From contig OZ287758.1 in the NCBI GenBank assembly GCA_965649765.1, positions 20,956,001 through 21,020,000 on the forward strand: DNA of 64,000 bases, in the 5' to 3' direction. Below the pieces are notes generated by a model that did not search any database, was not told the DNA's origin, and saw nothing but the letters and a program-made list of their open reading frames with translations. The position numbers and the translations under genes are program-made. Positions 49,001 to 63,100 of this stretch are shown in pieces. How positions within the stretch are numbered: the first letter of the stretch is position 1; the number at the start of each line of letters is the position of its first letter. Origin of the DNA: Bispira polyomma. Lineage: Eukaryota.

Positions 49001-52000
49001 ACTGATTGTTATATGTAGGTGGTAGTTGAGAAACCCCGAAAATGATGCTGGCATATGTTCTTACACTAACTCACTAACATTAGTGCAGTAATAAAACTAA
49101 GACACACTTTTAGAAAGGAGGTTCATGTAGGACAGTACAGAGAGTGTGGATGTCACTGACTCTTTACACTGACTTAAAACCTATAACTGTGAAATATTAA
49201 AGCTCCCAGTGAAAGTGACATGGGGGACTTGTTGAGGGTTCCAACGAGTCCAGTGTGAAGTCCTATGTACTATAAACCTTCTCCAAACTGGCTTGTATGG
49301 GTAGATTTAAGCACATCTCTAATACACAACAAACATAACACAGGGACATATTCCCAGTCCTGTTCTGAGTTATGACACTTGGTACTTGGTGACATAGGTC
49401 CCTGAGGTTCATGTACAAAACAGGATACTGCTGTAGATTTTAGGCGATAAACACAAATAGGACCAGCAAAGATGCATATCTAAATGAATGTGTTAGGCCA
49501 GATCACTATTTTCCTATGTGAATTTTATAATTTTTGTAATTTAATAAAGAGTAGTATCCCTTTACAACAGACATGAAAGTGATATATGGTGATATAACCT
49601 AAACATATAGCAGTATTATTTATATTTTAAGCTTACACTAATGACACAAAATTCAGCATGGTTTTTGATATAAATGGACTAATCTTACTGTGTGGGGCTT
49701 ACAAATACAATCATAACAAGGATATATACCATGTCAACCTCTGATTTATAATGTTGATGTATCCCTGAGGTACACTCATAAAGCAGGATATTTAGGACAT
49801 AAACATGTATAAATCTGGCCACATAATCATCAAACATCTTAAATTTAAAATCATACTTACACTCCAATACTGCTGTACATATTTGTTTATTAATTGGAAT
49901 AACATAAGGATGTTGTCATTTATTGTAAAAGAGATTTTAGTATGGAAATGTGAATATGTACTAATATTATAGGTGTCCTTATTGTATTACAAGATATAGC
50001 AGAACATAGTTTGAGTTTCTTGTAAAATTAAAAATCAACATGTGATTGTACCTGATTACCTTTCTTCTGACAATTGATTAGAGAGTATTCGACTAAAATG
50101 GGAAATCATATCTTATTATGTGCTTATGGAGGACTCAGTTGTAAGCTTCAGAGTGAAGTAAACTTGATAATATTTAAGCATAAAGCAGTATTACTTATGT
50201 TTGAGCTTACTCTAATGATATACAGCAATTTGACATTGTTTTTAATATAGCTGGGATATCGATCATATCGAAATATGCCTCACAAACAGGATCTCACAAA
50301 CATATTGATGATAAAGAAACCATAAAAGAGAGGGTCATACCCCATTATTTGCATTACAGCACTGATTGGCATTCCTTATAAAATATGCCGCAAGCACTCT
50401 TATTATAATCACATGCAATAATAGAATTACATGCAGTAAATACAAAACAAAAAATTTTCCCAGCCCCAAAGGACTTATATGTCACTTGAAATAAATAAAC
50501 AATATCCGATGGTTGCTTATCAGTTTTTTAAATTTAGTTGATTTTAATGATTATATTAATTAGTGGAAGAAACCAGTGCTGAAGTACTGGAAACCACTGA
50601 CCTACAGCAAGTATCAGACAGACTGACAGACTGATTTTCACCCTCAAAATGATATGAGGCACACTTATGTTTTTATAGCATTTGATGAAATGATCCACTT
50701 TAACTATGCTTTAAACCACTATCAATTTTAATTACAATTTATTTAATGTATTGATTTTCAAAGGATATACCTTTATTTTAGACGTCTAACCTAATGAACT
50801 TGGCACAGCTGACATAAAATTACTCCAAATATCATTATAGTGAATAAATATATCTGGTTTACAAGATGGCCCTTCATACCTAAATGTGAGAACATGACGT
50901 TTTATGTTATTTGTAGCCACATCTGTGAAAGACAACCCCCTTCTTGTTGGACTGTATCAAGGACAGAGGGGAGATCCTGTTCATAGCTCTCTTTAATCAC
51001 AGTTTCATTCTCTATCTACTGACTCCATGAAATATTAAAACCATAGATGATTGCGAACAACGGTCTAGCTAACTGGATCTGACAGAATCAGTTATTATGC
51101 AGAGTGTTTTCACTATTTTTTTGCTGGTGTAAATTTTTACTGTTACTTTACGTGACATGAAACTACTCCAAGTAATTATAGTAACATACAGCATGTGGCA
51201 TTGTGATGGCAGAGGATTCTCCCAATCATTCCTGTTGAATTTTAGAAAACTTTTAAATCTTGTATTTCTTAAACATACTGCATATATTTAGTTTGTACTT
51301 GCAATTGTACTTGTTCATAGTTTTTGTTGTGGAGGTAAAGAAGATTGTTAATGATAAAAAAAGAGTCTTATTTCCTGCTTGTTGTGTCTCAAACTGTACT
51401 TCATGAGAAGAGAAGAAGATCCATCACTCAAGTGAGAACAACTAGAACTGGAGAGCTACAACAATAGTCATATATCACTTTAGGGGAGTTATATGTGATT
51501 GTTTATTGACTTAACTATTTTTTATATCTCTTTATGTATGTGCTGTCAAGAATTTTCGATTTTTTAACTGTGGCTCTTTGGCAGTACTTGAAAAACATAC
51601 TTTTGACTATGATTTGTTCAACACACCACAGTATGTAGAAGCTGCATACAGTTCAGAGTCACTTTTAGGTAGAGCACCGTGTTAAAATACCACCAACTAA
51701 GAGCTACAGATATTCTAGCACCATCAACCTACTACAGCTATTATCAAATACATTCTTAGGGTTGTGGTTTTTCTTTAATAGTGCTTGGGTATTTGATATG
51801 AATATAATCCACTTATTTATATTTATCATTTAATTAACACAGAAGTGTAATGTTGAGGTAGGGAAATTTACAACAGCACTAGGTACGTTATCATTTATAC
51901 TCTAATCAATTGATCAACCATTAATCATGATGCTAATACATAACTGAATTACTTGTCATTTGTAGGCAATAGTGTGTTGACATCTTGTCGGATTATGCTA

Positions 52001-52341
52001 TCCACCAATGATGATTGTGGTGTCACATGAAGTTGAGGAGCTCCCCAGCCATTGGTAGAACTGAGAACCTTTTGATCACCAGACCAACTTCCTAACCACA
52101 AAGTATGTTTGTGAATGTTTATATATCCGAAAAAGCAAATGCTGAATTTGAATTTGCCTTTAATCCTAAGGTATCTAGGTGTGGTAATAATTGCGGAATC
52201 ATTTTCATTTGTTTACATAGAAGTGGAAGGTTGACACACAATGTTGGTCATTGTATTTCAAGTTCTGAACAATGTCAGATTGTTCCCTAAATTTTTTCCA
52301 CCGCACATTGTACTGTTAGCAGGAATCTAATTACACTCAAG

Positions 52342-53175
52342 AATCACTTGTAGCTGTATTCAGCTGTATACTACATCGTTTATTTTACTAACTATTCATT
52401 ACAAACTTTACACGGTTATAGTTTCTTTGATGTAGGCCGACAATCACACATATTATGCTTACACTTGAAGAACATTTTACATTGTTTAACATCATTCTCA
52501 GGAATGTACATGGACTTATTATTGGCAAATATGTTAAGAAAGATCATTACATAAAATTGACAAAAGTGAGTGATCAACAACCTAGTAACGATCCAATAGA
52601 TTAAAGGTAAATGTTTGTTTTTCTTCCAGCATGAAAGCTTTTTATGACATGTTATAATTCAAAGATACAAACATGTAGTAGTCTCTTTTGAACATTACTG
52701 GGGTGTATTGTACCACTGTATGACTGTTTAGGTACATATGCCATATTCTAATACTAATTACTTTCTTATGTTCAGTTGATTCTGTATGTTGCAAAACATG
52801 TGGAGTTTCTACATAGGGAACAATTTACAAAGAAAAATATAGAGATCATAAGTTTTTAATAATCACTTGTAGTTGTATGCAGCTATATGCTACATCGTCT
52901 ATTTTACTAACTTTCCTTAACAAACTTCACACGTTCATAGTTTCTTTGATGTTGGTCGACAATCAGACATATTACACTTGAAGAACGTTTTTCATTATTT
53001 GTATAGCATCATTCCTAGGAATGTCAATTGACTTATTATTGGCAAATATGTTAAGAAACACAGTGACGATCCAATAGATTTAAGGCAAATGTTTGGTTTT
53101 CCCTGCATGAAAGCTTATTATGATATGTTATAATTCAACGATTACAACATTTAGTATTATATTTTGAACATAACT
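52342..53175. repeat. Nested younger duplication (~350 nt twice) inside unit 1
   Basis: AATCACTTGTAG.TGTAT.CAGCT.TAT.CTACATCGT at 52342 and 52861, collinear to TTTTGAACAT. Only one diverged counterpart in unit 2 (~58620-58830). Confidence 0.85.
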
Positions 53176-53623
53176 GAAAGTCCTTGTTTTTTTCTCTAAA
53201 GTTTATAAACTCATTTAGTAAAGAGGAATTTCTACTATGTGGATGGTTATGACCTTAAAATGTACTACATTAAAATAGATACTATCTTAGCCCCTGCCCT
53301 ATCTCTTTACCAAATTTCATGTTAATGATTTTTCAAATATGGCTACCTATTCAAGATCCTTACTGAAAGCTCTGCAAATGTGATAAGGACATCTGTAAAT
53401 GTAGAATTTGAGATCAGGCATGATTTAAGTGTAATACCTTTAATTAATATGGCTTGATAATTTTATCTATGAGGAAACTCTCTTAAAAAATATGACATTT
53501 TTGATAACGCAATACAATTATATTTTTAATGGTTTAACCACACATTTAACAAATGTATTCGAATGTAATTTAAATATCTAAAGGGTGATTTTTGAAGTTT
53601 TAGTTTCATTTAATAAATAGAGC

Positions 53624-54130
53624 TAAGGTGGCGTTCACACTGTCTACGTTCTTAGTCCCGTTCATTCCCGTTCAGAGAATGTGTGAGAACTTGTACAAAC
53701 GTCTAACAACTGGGCGTAAATGGGGGTAGAACTTGGGCGAAGGGCAAGAACGGGAGCTACAGCCAGAAATTTTGAACATGTTCTGACAAGACATCTTCAG
53801 AGAACTTGAGAGAACTTGAGAAAATGACAGGAACAGGGCATAAACGGGAGTTCAACTACTCAGAACTTGTGTAAACGGGGCTTAAACTGCTTCTGTGATC
53901 TGGCCAGAACTGGAGAGAACTTGAGAGAACTTGAGAAAGCGTAACGTAATCTGGGCATAAATGTGGCTAAATGGGTCTAAAACGGGGCATAAAGGGGGGA
54001 TGCAAATATATGCACATGAAAATTTTTTTTGTCTTTTCTCTCCCGATCTGCCAAATTCTTCAGGTCTTGTGTTAACGGCTAGCTGGGGCTAAGCCGGGCC
54101 GTGAACTTGGACAATGTGATCGTCTCTTTA
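53624..54130. mobile_element. MITE, probably PIF/Harbinger-like
   Basis: Imperfect TIR TAAGGTGGCGTTCACACTGTC / GACAATGTGATCGTCTCTTTA, with many internal AGAACTTG and AACGGG repeats. Absent from the paralogous duplication unit. Confidence 0.7.
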
Positions 54131-57100
54131 CCTTTTTGCATTTATAATGAATACTTGGGCATTGATATATACAGCAAATTCAAATACTTATATTTGGTCT
54201 ATATGAAATATTCAAATTAGGGTATCCTTCATCTAGAATATAGTATCCAGTATTCATAATAGTTTTATTCATTAGTTGCTGACTTCTCTCTTCCATTAGT
54301 GGTTTGAATTTCAACATATTATTCCCTGGCACCTCTGCATTCTATTTATAGAAATAAATGATCCTGTATTATTGCTCTATCACCATGTTTCTAGACATTT
54401 GGCACCTTCTCCTATTCCATGTATATATTGGATATCATTGCCTAATAGAACACTGCTCTAGTGATACAGGACTGCCAATATCAACATGTATTTATACTCG
54501 TGCTTCTCTCACACAGACAGTTATAGAGACAATTTCTGGCTACTGGCAGTCAGAGATTGCATGCCAAGGAGAAATGTAGCTAAGGTTTCTCACCTAAGTG
54601 TGACTACTCCTCAACAGCGTGATGTGTGATAGGCATGCAATGATATACGAGGTTTACTCATGTAAATTACTAGAGTATATATTACAGGTTTTATGGCCTG
54701 TATGTTGTTATGCATGTACTTTTCGGATTCTGTATTGGTTTAATATTCATAAGGTGAAGTGTATTGTTGTATAATTATCAGGTTTACTATGTTGTGCTTG
54801 TTAATATGGATTAGTTACCTTTTACCTTTGTTTACATAGTCATGAAATATGCAAAGGACCCTTCTGGTTAGGACATTATTATGTAAGATAGCAGTATCAT
54901 ATGCCTTTTTTCATACTGCAAGTAATATATTCGAAACATATATTAAAATAAAATATTAATTATTGTTAAGGACAAAATTGACAATATATTAGTGCTGTCT
55001 TCAAATTTATATTTAGAACCTGTTTTCGAAGGAAAAGTCCACTTTTTTTATATATATATTGTTCTCCAAGTCATCTCACTTAGCCTGAGTATGTCTTAAG
55101 ATTTACATAATTGATTTAAGGAAAGTCCATCCAGTGACAGATATTTGTACTGGAGAAATGGTTCACTAAGATATTCTTGGTATTCTAATTTGGTTTCATG
55201 GGAGAGAGGAGAGGTCAGAGTGGGCTTTATCCAAGGACAGCTGTAACAGAAGGGGGCTTTGTAATGTGTGAGCTCTCAACTGATATCCCCAGGTCTTAAT
55301 AATGTTATGATATCATTAAAGGCGCTGACTGCTATCAGCCGGCGGATGTTAATAATCTAGGGTGAGTCATTTAAATCACAGTTTGAAATGTCAACAACCA
55401 CTCTCTATACCTTCAAGTAAATATGATTGTTTTGGTACACATATGCCATAATCTAATACTAATTGCTATTTAATATCCAGTCAATTCTGCATGTTGCAAA
55501 ACATGTGGAGTTTCTAAATGGGGAAGGACGCAGGTTTCTGGAACTGCAAAAAACGACAACTGCAATAAGTTTTAAGGTTTTAGCACTGTCAGCATATCTG
55601 TATGTCTGAATCATAGTAAGTAGATAGTAGCTAGTAAGATTGTCCATTTAAATACACAGGATGATGGTTTGCATGGTTATGCAATAAAACGCTGACATAG
55701 CAACCTATTGCTTTTGATGTTGTACAAATATATTTTGGACATTCTATCCAGACCTGTAGATCTAAGTTCCCACCTTACACCACATGTCGTCAGTGTAGAT
55801 CTAGTAACAGATCCTTGTAAATAATGTAGTGAATCTTTGACCCTCAAATAATGTTTATATTAAGACTATAGATGGCATAAAAACAAATTAACCTAAATGA
55901 GTTACTTATATTTTTGAGGACATAGTTGGTAACACACAATGGATAGGACAATACCAATGTTAAAACATAAGGTAAGTGCAGCTAATTTTTTTAGGTTTAG
56001 AACTATTGTTTAACATAGATATTATTTAGACCAGCTAGAATAACCCCTGTGCAAAAGGTTTGACAGGTCTGATAGTACTTAATTATATTTTATTACCTTA
56101 TTTTTTTTAAAGTTGACTCTATTTTTTTATTTTGCTTGGACTTGACATCATTATTCTCCATATCACACATATATGACCCCCCCCCCCCCCCCATGAGCAA
56201 GAATTTTTATTGGAAATGAACTACGAATTGTACAAGTTTGTCTTTAGAAGTCTGCCGCATTAAAAATCTATTATCACATTGCAAATCAATATTTCTATTA
56301 ATCACTGGAACTTTAATACTATGCATAGCAAGTCCACCCCAGGGGACTGCTAGATCAGTCCAACCTCCCCTTTTATCACACTACTTTAATCCCTAGCGAA
56401 TGCAATGGCATTATCCAACCAACCTATAAATTTTAATTAAAATTTATTCAATGGATGTTCTACTGCTTTGTATGTCTAAACAAATGAACTTAGTGCAGCT
56501 GAAGTAAAATTGCCCCAAAAACATAATACGAAACATCATCAGAGTGAATAAATACATCTGGTTTTCAAGATGGTCCTATAATATGCAAAATGTGAGAACA
56601 GAGTTTGATGTTATTTGTAGCCACATCTGTAAAAGATAACCCTCTCCTCCTAGGACTGTATCAAGGACAGAGAGGGGATCTTGTTCATAGCTCTCCTTAA
56701 TCACAGTTTTATTATCTATCTACTGACTCCATGAAATATTAAAACCATAGATGACTGCGAGCAAATGTGTAGCTAACTGGATCTGACAGAATCAGTTATT
56801 ATGCAGAGTGTTTTTGCTACCTTTTTTCTGGTGTAAATTTTTACTGTCACTTTATGTGACTTGAAACTGCTCCAAGTAATTATAGTAACATACAGCATGT
56901 GGAATCATGATGACAGTATTTGTTCCTGCTGAATTTTAGAATGCTTCTACATATTATATTTTTTCAACATACTCAATCCGTGTTTTTGGCTATGGTAACT
57001 TTTATTAACTTCAACTGAAGCTTATTTTTGAGTACCAAAAAATTACGATTTCATTCATGGAGTTCACCATTACTATTTATCCGTGGCAATTATTAAATTC

Positions 57101-60100
57101 ATTCCTGTGAGGTGATTATGCAAGATGGCTTTCTTATTTGAATTCATTGTGACATTTTTATATTTTGTTTGCATTTGGATGCATAGGCTATTTATGTACA
57201 ATTACTTCAAATTTCATTTTAGAATAGATTTTAAATTACAATTATACCTGTTGATGGTTTTTATTGTCAAAGTACAGAAGATTTGATGTAGTTCTGAGTA
57301 ATATTGCTAAGGAAGAAGAAAAAAGACTAATTTTCCTGCTTGTGGTGTTTTAAACTGTTAGAGTACTTCATGAGAGGAACATCCAGCACTCAAGTGAAAA
57401 CAACTAGAACTTGAGAGCTACAGGAAGAGTCATATATCACCTCAGGGGACGTTACATGTGATTGTTTATTGTCTTCATTCTTTACTTTATTGCATTATGT
57501 TTGCGGTGTCAAAGATAAACAATGTATGTTTAAGAAGTACCTGTATAAATAATTAGGTCAAGTGATACTGTGAAATAACAGAAAATGATTTAATGATAAT
57601 TCACTAAAGTTATATATACTTGTGACAACAAAAAGCCTACTGATAGCAGGCCAAATTCCCAATCACATGACCTAAATTCTCACATACAAACCAACACCAA
57701 ATCAAAGGTAATGTTTTTGTCAGTGTACCAATGTAGGTTGTGTCACTGCTGTACTGATATGCATTTGGTGGAGGGATGGGGTTTGAGCCAAAAAAGAATC
57801 GACTAGTTTGGCAGCAGATCCGGGTACATAGGAGTGAATTCATGAATTTTTTGCTTTTTTGAGCTTTAGCGAAAGTATGTGAAGTTGTACATTGAAAAAT
57901 TCCACAAAAAGATACTTTTCAACATGGTTTGATTTACATGCCATTAACTCTTTAGTACCATATTAAAATACAACGAATGAAGGGTTGCATATCATGTAGC
58001 TACATCTGCACATTCAACTTACCATGGTCATGTAGCGATTATCTACATTAACATTCCTTAAGTGTTTGATATCAATGTAACATATATTTCATATATATTT
58101 ATAGTATAATCAATGCAGATGTGTATTGTTGAGGTCCAAACAATTTACAAATCTAATTGACTAATTCAATGGTATTGTGTTATTTATTTTCTAAAAATGT
58201 TAATCCATTAATCATTATCCTAATACATCGCCAATTGGTTGTCATCAGTAGTCAATGGCATATTCAGATCACGTCGAAGGATGCTATTCTCCAATGACTA
58301 TGATGGTGTCATCAGTAGTTGAGCCTGAGACTGTCTGATTACCAGACCAACTCTCCAGCCATGAGTCGAACCAAAGACTTTCTGAAATCTCCAGACCAAC
58401 AAGATCATCAGATCAAGGTATGGTTGTGAATACTTGAATATCCAAAAAGGCAATTTGCTGCGACACACATCATGCATTTGGCTTTAATCGAAGGTGTCTA
58501 ATACCTAAGATTCCCTAATTATTTAGATTTTTTATACACAGCTTCAACACACAATGTTAGTCATTATATTCAAGTTCGTGACAATGTCACCTTGTTCGCT
58601 ATATTATAAACTTGACATTGTTATACTCTCTTTGATGTTAGCCGAGAATTGGACATATTGTGCCTTGCACAAGATAATTGCAATATCTCTATTAGGAATG
58701 TATATGGACATATAATTATTAGAGGTAAATATTTATATACAAAGAAACATAATTACATTTTATAGATTTAAAGAAAATGTTTATGTTTTTTTACTGCAAG
58801 ATAGGTTATTGAGATCTGTTACTACTTAACCACTATCAACATTTAATGTCCTGGTTATGAATGTATTTGCATTTTTCTATATTACTAATAATTTAGCAAA
58901 GAGGATTGTCTGCCACTTGATAGGCTATGCCTACAATTGTTGTGTTATTGATTTGCCCTTTACATACAAGTCAAGTATATCAATGACAAATGAAGCATTA
59001 GCCAATATGCTAAGTAGGTTCAAGTGTTAAAACTAGGGCATCCAATAGAGTGCATGTGTGTGCCAAGGTGCCATAGTGGCAAAAATAAGAAATAATTCAT
59101 GCATCAACCTTTCTATCCCGCGCTGAAGAAAAAATATAAAGTTTTGGTTAAACCAATACAATTTTATTTTGAATGATTTAAACAAATGTACAAAATCTTT
59201 AGGTTCATGTTTTACGAATCTGGCAAGAAACTTTTTCAGTTGCTGCACAATGATATACATAGTAATTGATACATTTATTGGGTTCATATACAATTAAATA
59301 TTAAATTAGGGTATCCTTCAGTTTGAGTTTATAATCTAGTGTTTATAACCGATTTACTCATTAAATATTAAAGACATTTTCTCTTCCCTCAGTGCTATGA
59401 CTTTTAATATACTATTCCCTGACATCACTATATTCTATTAAGAGAAATAATTGATAATATATTATTGCATTATCCATATGCTTCCAGACATTTAGCATCT
59501 TCTGCTATTTATATATTTCATGTATATATATTGGATATCATTACCTAATAAAACACTGCTATAGTGATACATGATTGCCAATACAAACACTAATAATATC
59601 TCCTGCTTCTCTTACAAAGACAATTAAATAACTGTGAGATACGATTACTGGCTACTAGCAGTCAGAAATTGCATGCAAAGGAGAAATGTAGCTAATGTTT
59701 CTCACCTAAGTGTGACTAATATACTTCTCAACAGCGGCTCACTATTTGCATAGGTATTTATGAAAGTGATGTGTGAAAGGCATGCAATGATATATGAGGT
59801 TTACACATGAGCAGTGGAGTAAATTACTACAGTATATATGCATGTAGTTAAGGATTCCATATTGAATCAATATTAATAAGATGAAGTGCATTCATGTGTC
59901 CTGATCAGGTATACTATATTATTAATATTAACATAGATATATTTATCCCTTAGCTTTACTCACATAGTAAGAAAATATGCAAATAATCCATTGCTTAAAT
60001 TATTGTACATAATATTGGATATCAGTATCACATGCCTTCTTTCATCCTACACTGTATTAAATTTAAAACAATTAACAAAAAGAAAATATTAATTATTCTA

Positions 60101-63100
60101 CAGGACAAGAATTGATCCACAATTTTTTTATCGTGTATATATATTCAAAGTCATCAGACGGAGTAAGTCAGAAACTTACATAAGGAACTTCACAGTAAGG
60201 TGATCCAATGATAGACATGTGTACTCAAAAAGAGTCTTACTAAGCTATTCTTGGTATCTTAGTTTGGGTCACATGGGAGAGAGGAGAGGTCAGAGTGGGC
60301 TTTATCCAAGGACAGCTGTAACAGAAGGTGGCTTTGTAATGAGCTCTAAACACACCAAGGTAAAGAAGGTGACACCCAAGTCTGAATAATGTCATCATAT
60401 TTAGGGCATTGACTGATGCCCTCGGTCTTCTGATGTTGACTCTTTGCTCTTCATCAAAAATGATTATTTGATTATGATTATCATTTAAGCTAGCTTAAAA
60501 CTTGATACATGTATATTCAAAGTAATAATAATAATCATCCCGCCAAAGTGATATCCTTACATTGGTGTATACAGCTTCACTATATGAATATAAATTACAG
60601 CTAATAATTACCACTAACTCGTTTTTTGGGTCAATCTCTTCTGAGAGGACTAGTTATTCCCTGTTGGGAAATATTTGGAATTTAAAATTAAAAAAATGTG
60701 AATATTATTATATACTGTGACAGGAAGCAGTTTGGTAGCGAATAAAAGCAAAATAGGGTGACATTTTCGGAAGTGCAAAAAAAAGGACTTCCCTATTTTT
60801 AACAAACTATCAGCATATCTTAACGTTAATCTTATTTTCTTCTGGAACCAGTAATATTGTCTGCATAGGATGGTGGTTTTACATAAATGCCTTTGGTCCT
60901 TGTTACAAACTTAAAAAGATGAGCTGTTAGACCTTAACTATATAAATTATCAGTATTGTGTGGCTATGACATCAGACTCTGACATAGCAACCTATTGCTT
61001 TTGATGTTGTACAAATATATTTTGGACATTCTATCCAGACCTGTAGATCTAAGTCCCCACCTTACACCACATGTCGTCAGTGTAGATCTAGTAACAGATC
61101 CTTGTAAATGATGTAGTGAATCCAGCCCACCAGGGATAGCCCACTGTGTGAAATTGTCATTATTATTCAACACATCTTGCCTAAAATCCCCCTTATTTTC
61201 CACTCTGTACATTCAATTAAGTGATGCCTATATCATGCCAGGGGCAAATATTAGAGAATATTTTGGTTAATGCTCTGCATGGCTTGTACAAATGACGCAT
61301 CAACATACCCACAAATAATAAACACCTTAGACTTCTTTGAATAAAGTCAATTATTTCGTATATAGTTTTTATTATACCTTAGATTTGTCCATATTTATTA
61401 TTAAGAGTCCATAGTTGTATTAAGACTAGTCAATATAAATGTGACTATTCAATACATAAATATTAATGTAATTTTTTTTCCTGTTTTAAAGAAACATTTA
61501 CTACTACTGAGGTAATATATAAGGTAAGTTGAATTAATTTGTTATGGTCATTAACAAAATGTTAACATGGACCTCATTTTTATTTAAGGGCTATAGTAAC
61601 CCATATAATCGTTCCCAATATGCAAATTACCAAAATACTTATGTTTGTAGTGTACATTATTTTATCTTGCAGTTAGTGTAAACAGCATCTGGGTACAAGT
61701 TAATATTCATTTAAGTGAATATTTACATAAATACAGAACAGATAATAGGTTGCCTTTAATTATTGTTGATGACGTTGTTGTATTAGCAATTGTAACAGTT
61801 AGTCATTATCACATTGTCAGTGGAGCTGTAAGGTGAAAACTCACACTTACGTTGGTTATCGCCTTCATGAGAACTGATGTATCAGTCAATGCATTGGAGA
61901 ATGGTTTCATTTGAATTAAATAATGCCACATACCTGATAATAACCAATTTACATATTTTCTACCATGCATAACCTACCAGATGTAGTTTTATCGTTTTGT
62001 TTTTGTTTTGCAACAACATGAATAAACTGGAACTAGGAAAAATAAGTACTGCACAATATTGGTAATATTTGAAAGATTCATCTATATTTTCACAATTTTT
62101 ACAATAAGAACTTTTATATTAAATACTGATAATATCCCATTTAATTCAAGTTTATTTTAATGCTAATGTTGTAACAGCACATGCAAAAGTAAGATTTTTT
62201 ATATCATAATATATTTAACACAAGAGATGTCTTTTAAAAAACATAGCCACACAGTGTGATAAACAATAACATTGATATGGCCACTATATACTCACAATAT
62301 ATATGACACCTCTCAGTTTGGTCGGATTGAATGCTTTTAACCAATCTATAAAGGCCTTAGTTACGACGCCCTTTTCCGAATGGAAAGAATACCAGTCTCC
62401 GCCTGATAAAAATATTAATAGAGAGTGAGAAAAAGTATTTTTGTTGGAGAGTGTAGACAATGTGAGACACAGAAGACACTACCATTAGAAGGTTTTAAAA
62501 TAGGGCGGCCTGGCTGGTAATATCCTGTTTTACACTCACCATCCATAAGAACACATCTCCACTTCCCAAAACAGATTTTTCTTTTCAAGCATCAAGTATT
62601 TGTGTTTTATGTCTGTCTATTGTCCATCCCAGACCAATCAATTGGCATCCTTCTGTTTACACTGGAGTATCATTGAGAGTAATTGTGAGCACTTATGTGC
62701 AGCTTGCCACAGTATTTACTCACTAAAAGTGACGTCACAAAAAACACCCATCAATCATGGTATAAAAGATTCTTTAGCTTGCTATTGATTAATAAAGCTC
62801 CATATTTATAAACATATATTTGTATGTCAATACCATTAATAGGAAGTTTATATTTTGATAAAACTTAACTTTTCGTTGCTTTATTATTGTCCAAAATGGG
62901 TTAAATAATTACTAACTTCAAGTAAAAGTTATCTTCTTTGTGATATTATTTTTGTTTATCATTCAGTATTTATTTTGGTTTTATAATTTTAATTTTATAA
63001 ACTGATGTAATGTTCCCTTTAACATAAAATATATCAACTTGTAGACTAAAACTATGTAAAAATACACTCATTTGTTCACTAATTACAGCGGGATAACTCC

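Larger units (their letters stand above)
50550..61600. repeat. Old tandem segmental duplication, two ~5.3-5.7 kb units (~50.5-56.1 kb and ~56.3-61.6 kb)
   Basis: Collinear homologous blocks at 50790/56483, 50917/56621, 51400/57363, 51950/58240, 54214/59303, 54531/59643, 55198/60273, 55692/60978 and 55966/61519. Confidence 0.88.

Noticed and set aside
51716-51737. miR-29 seed TAGCACCAT
   Set aside because: The rest of the sequence does not match and there is no complementary 5' arm.
55750-55815. miR-10/miR-100-like sequence (ACCTGTAGATCTAAGTT)
   Set aside because: The seed differs, and the hairpin has only a short stem with a very large loop.
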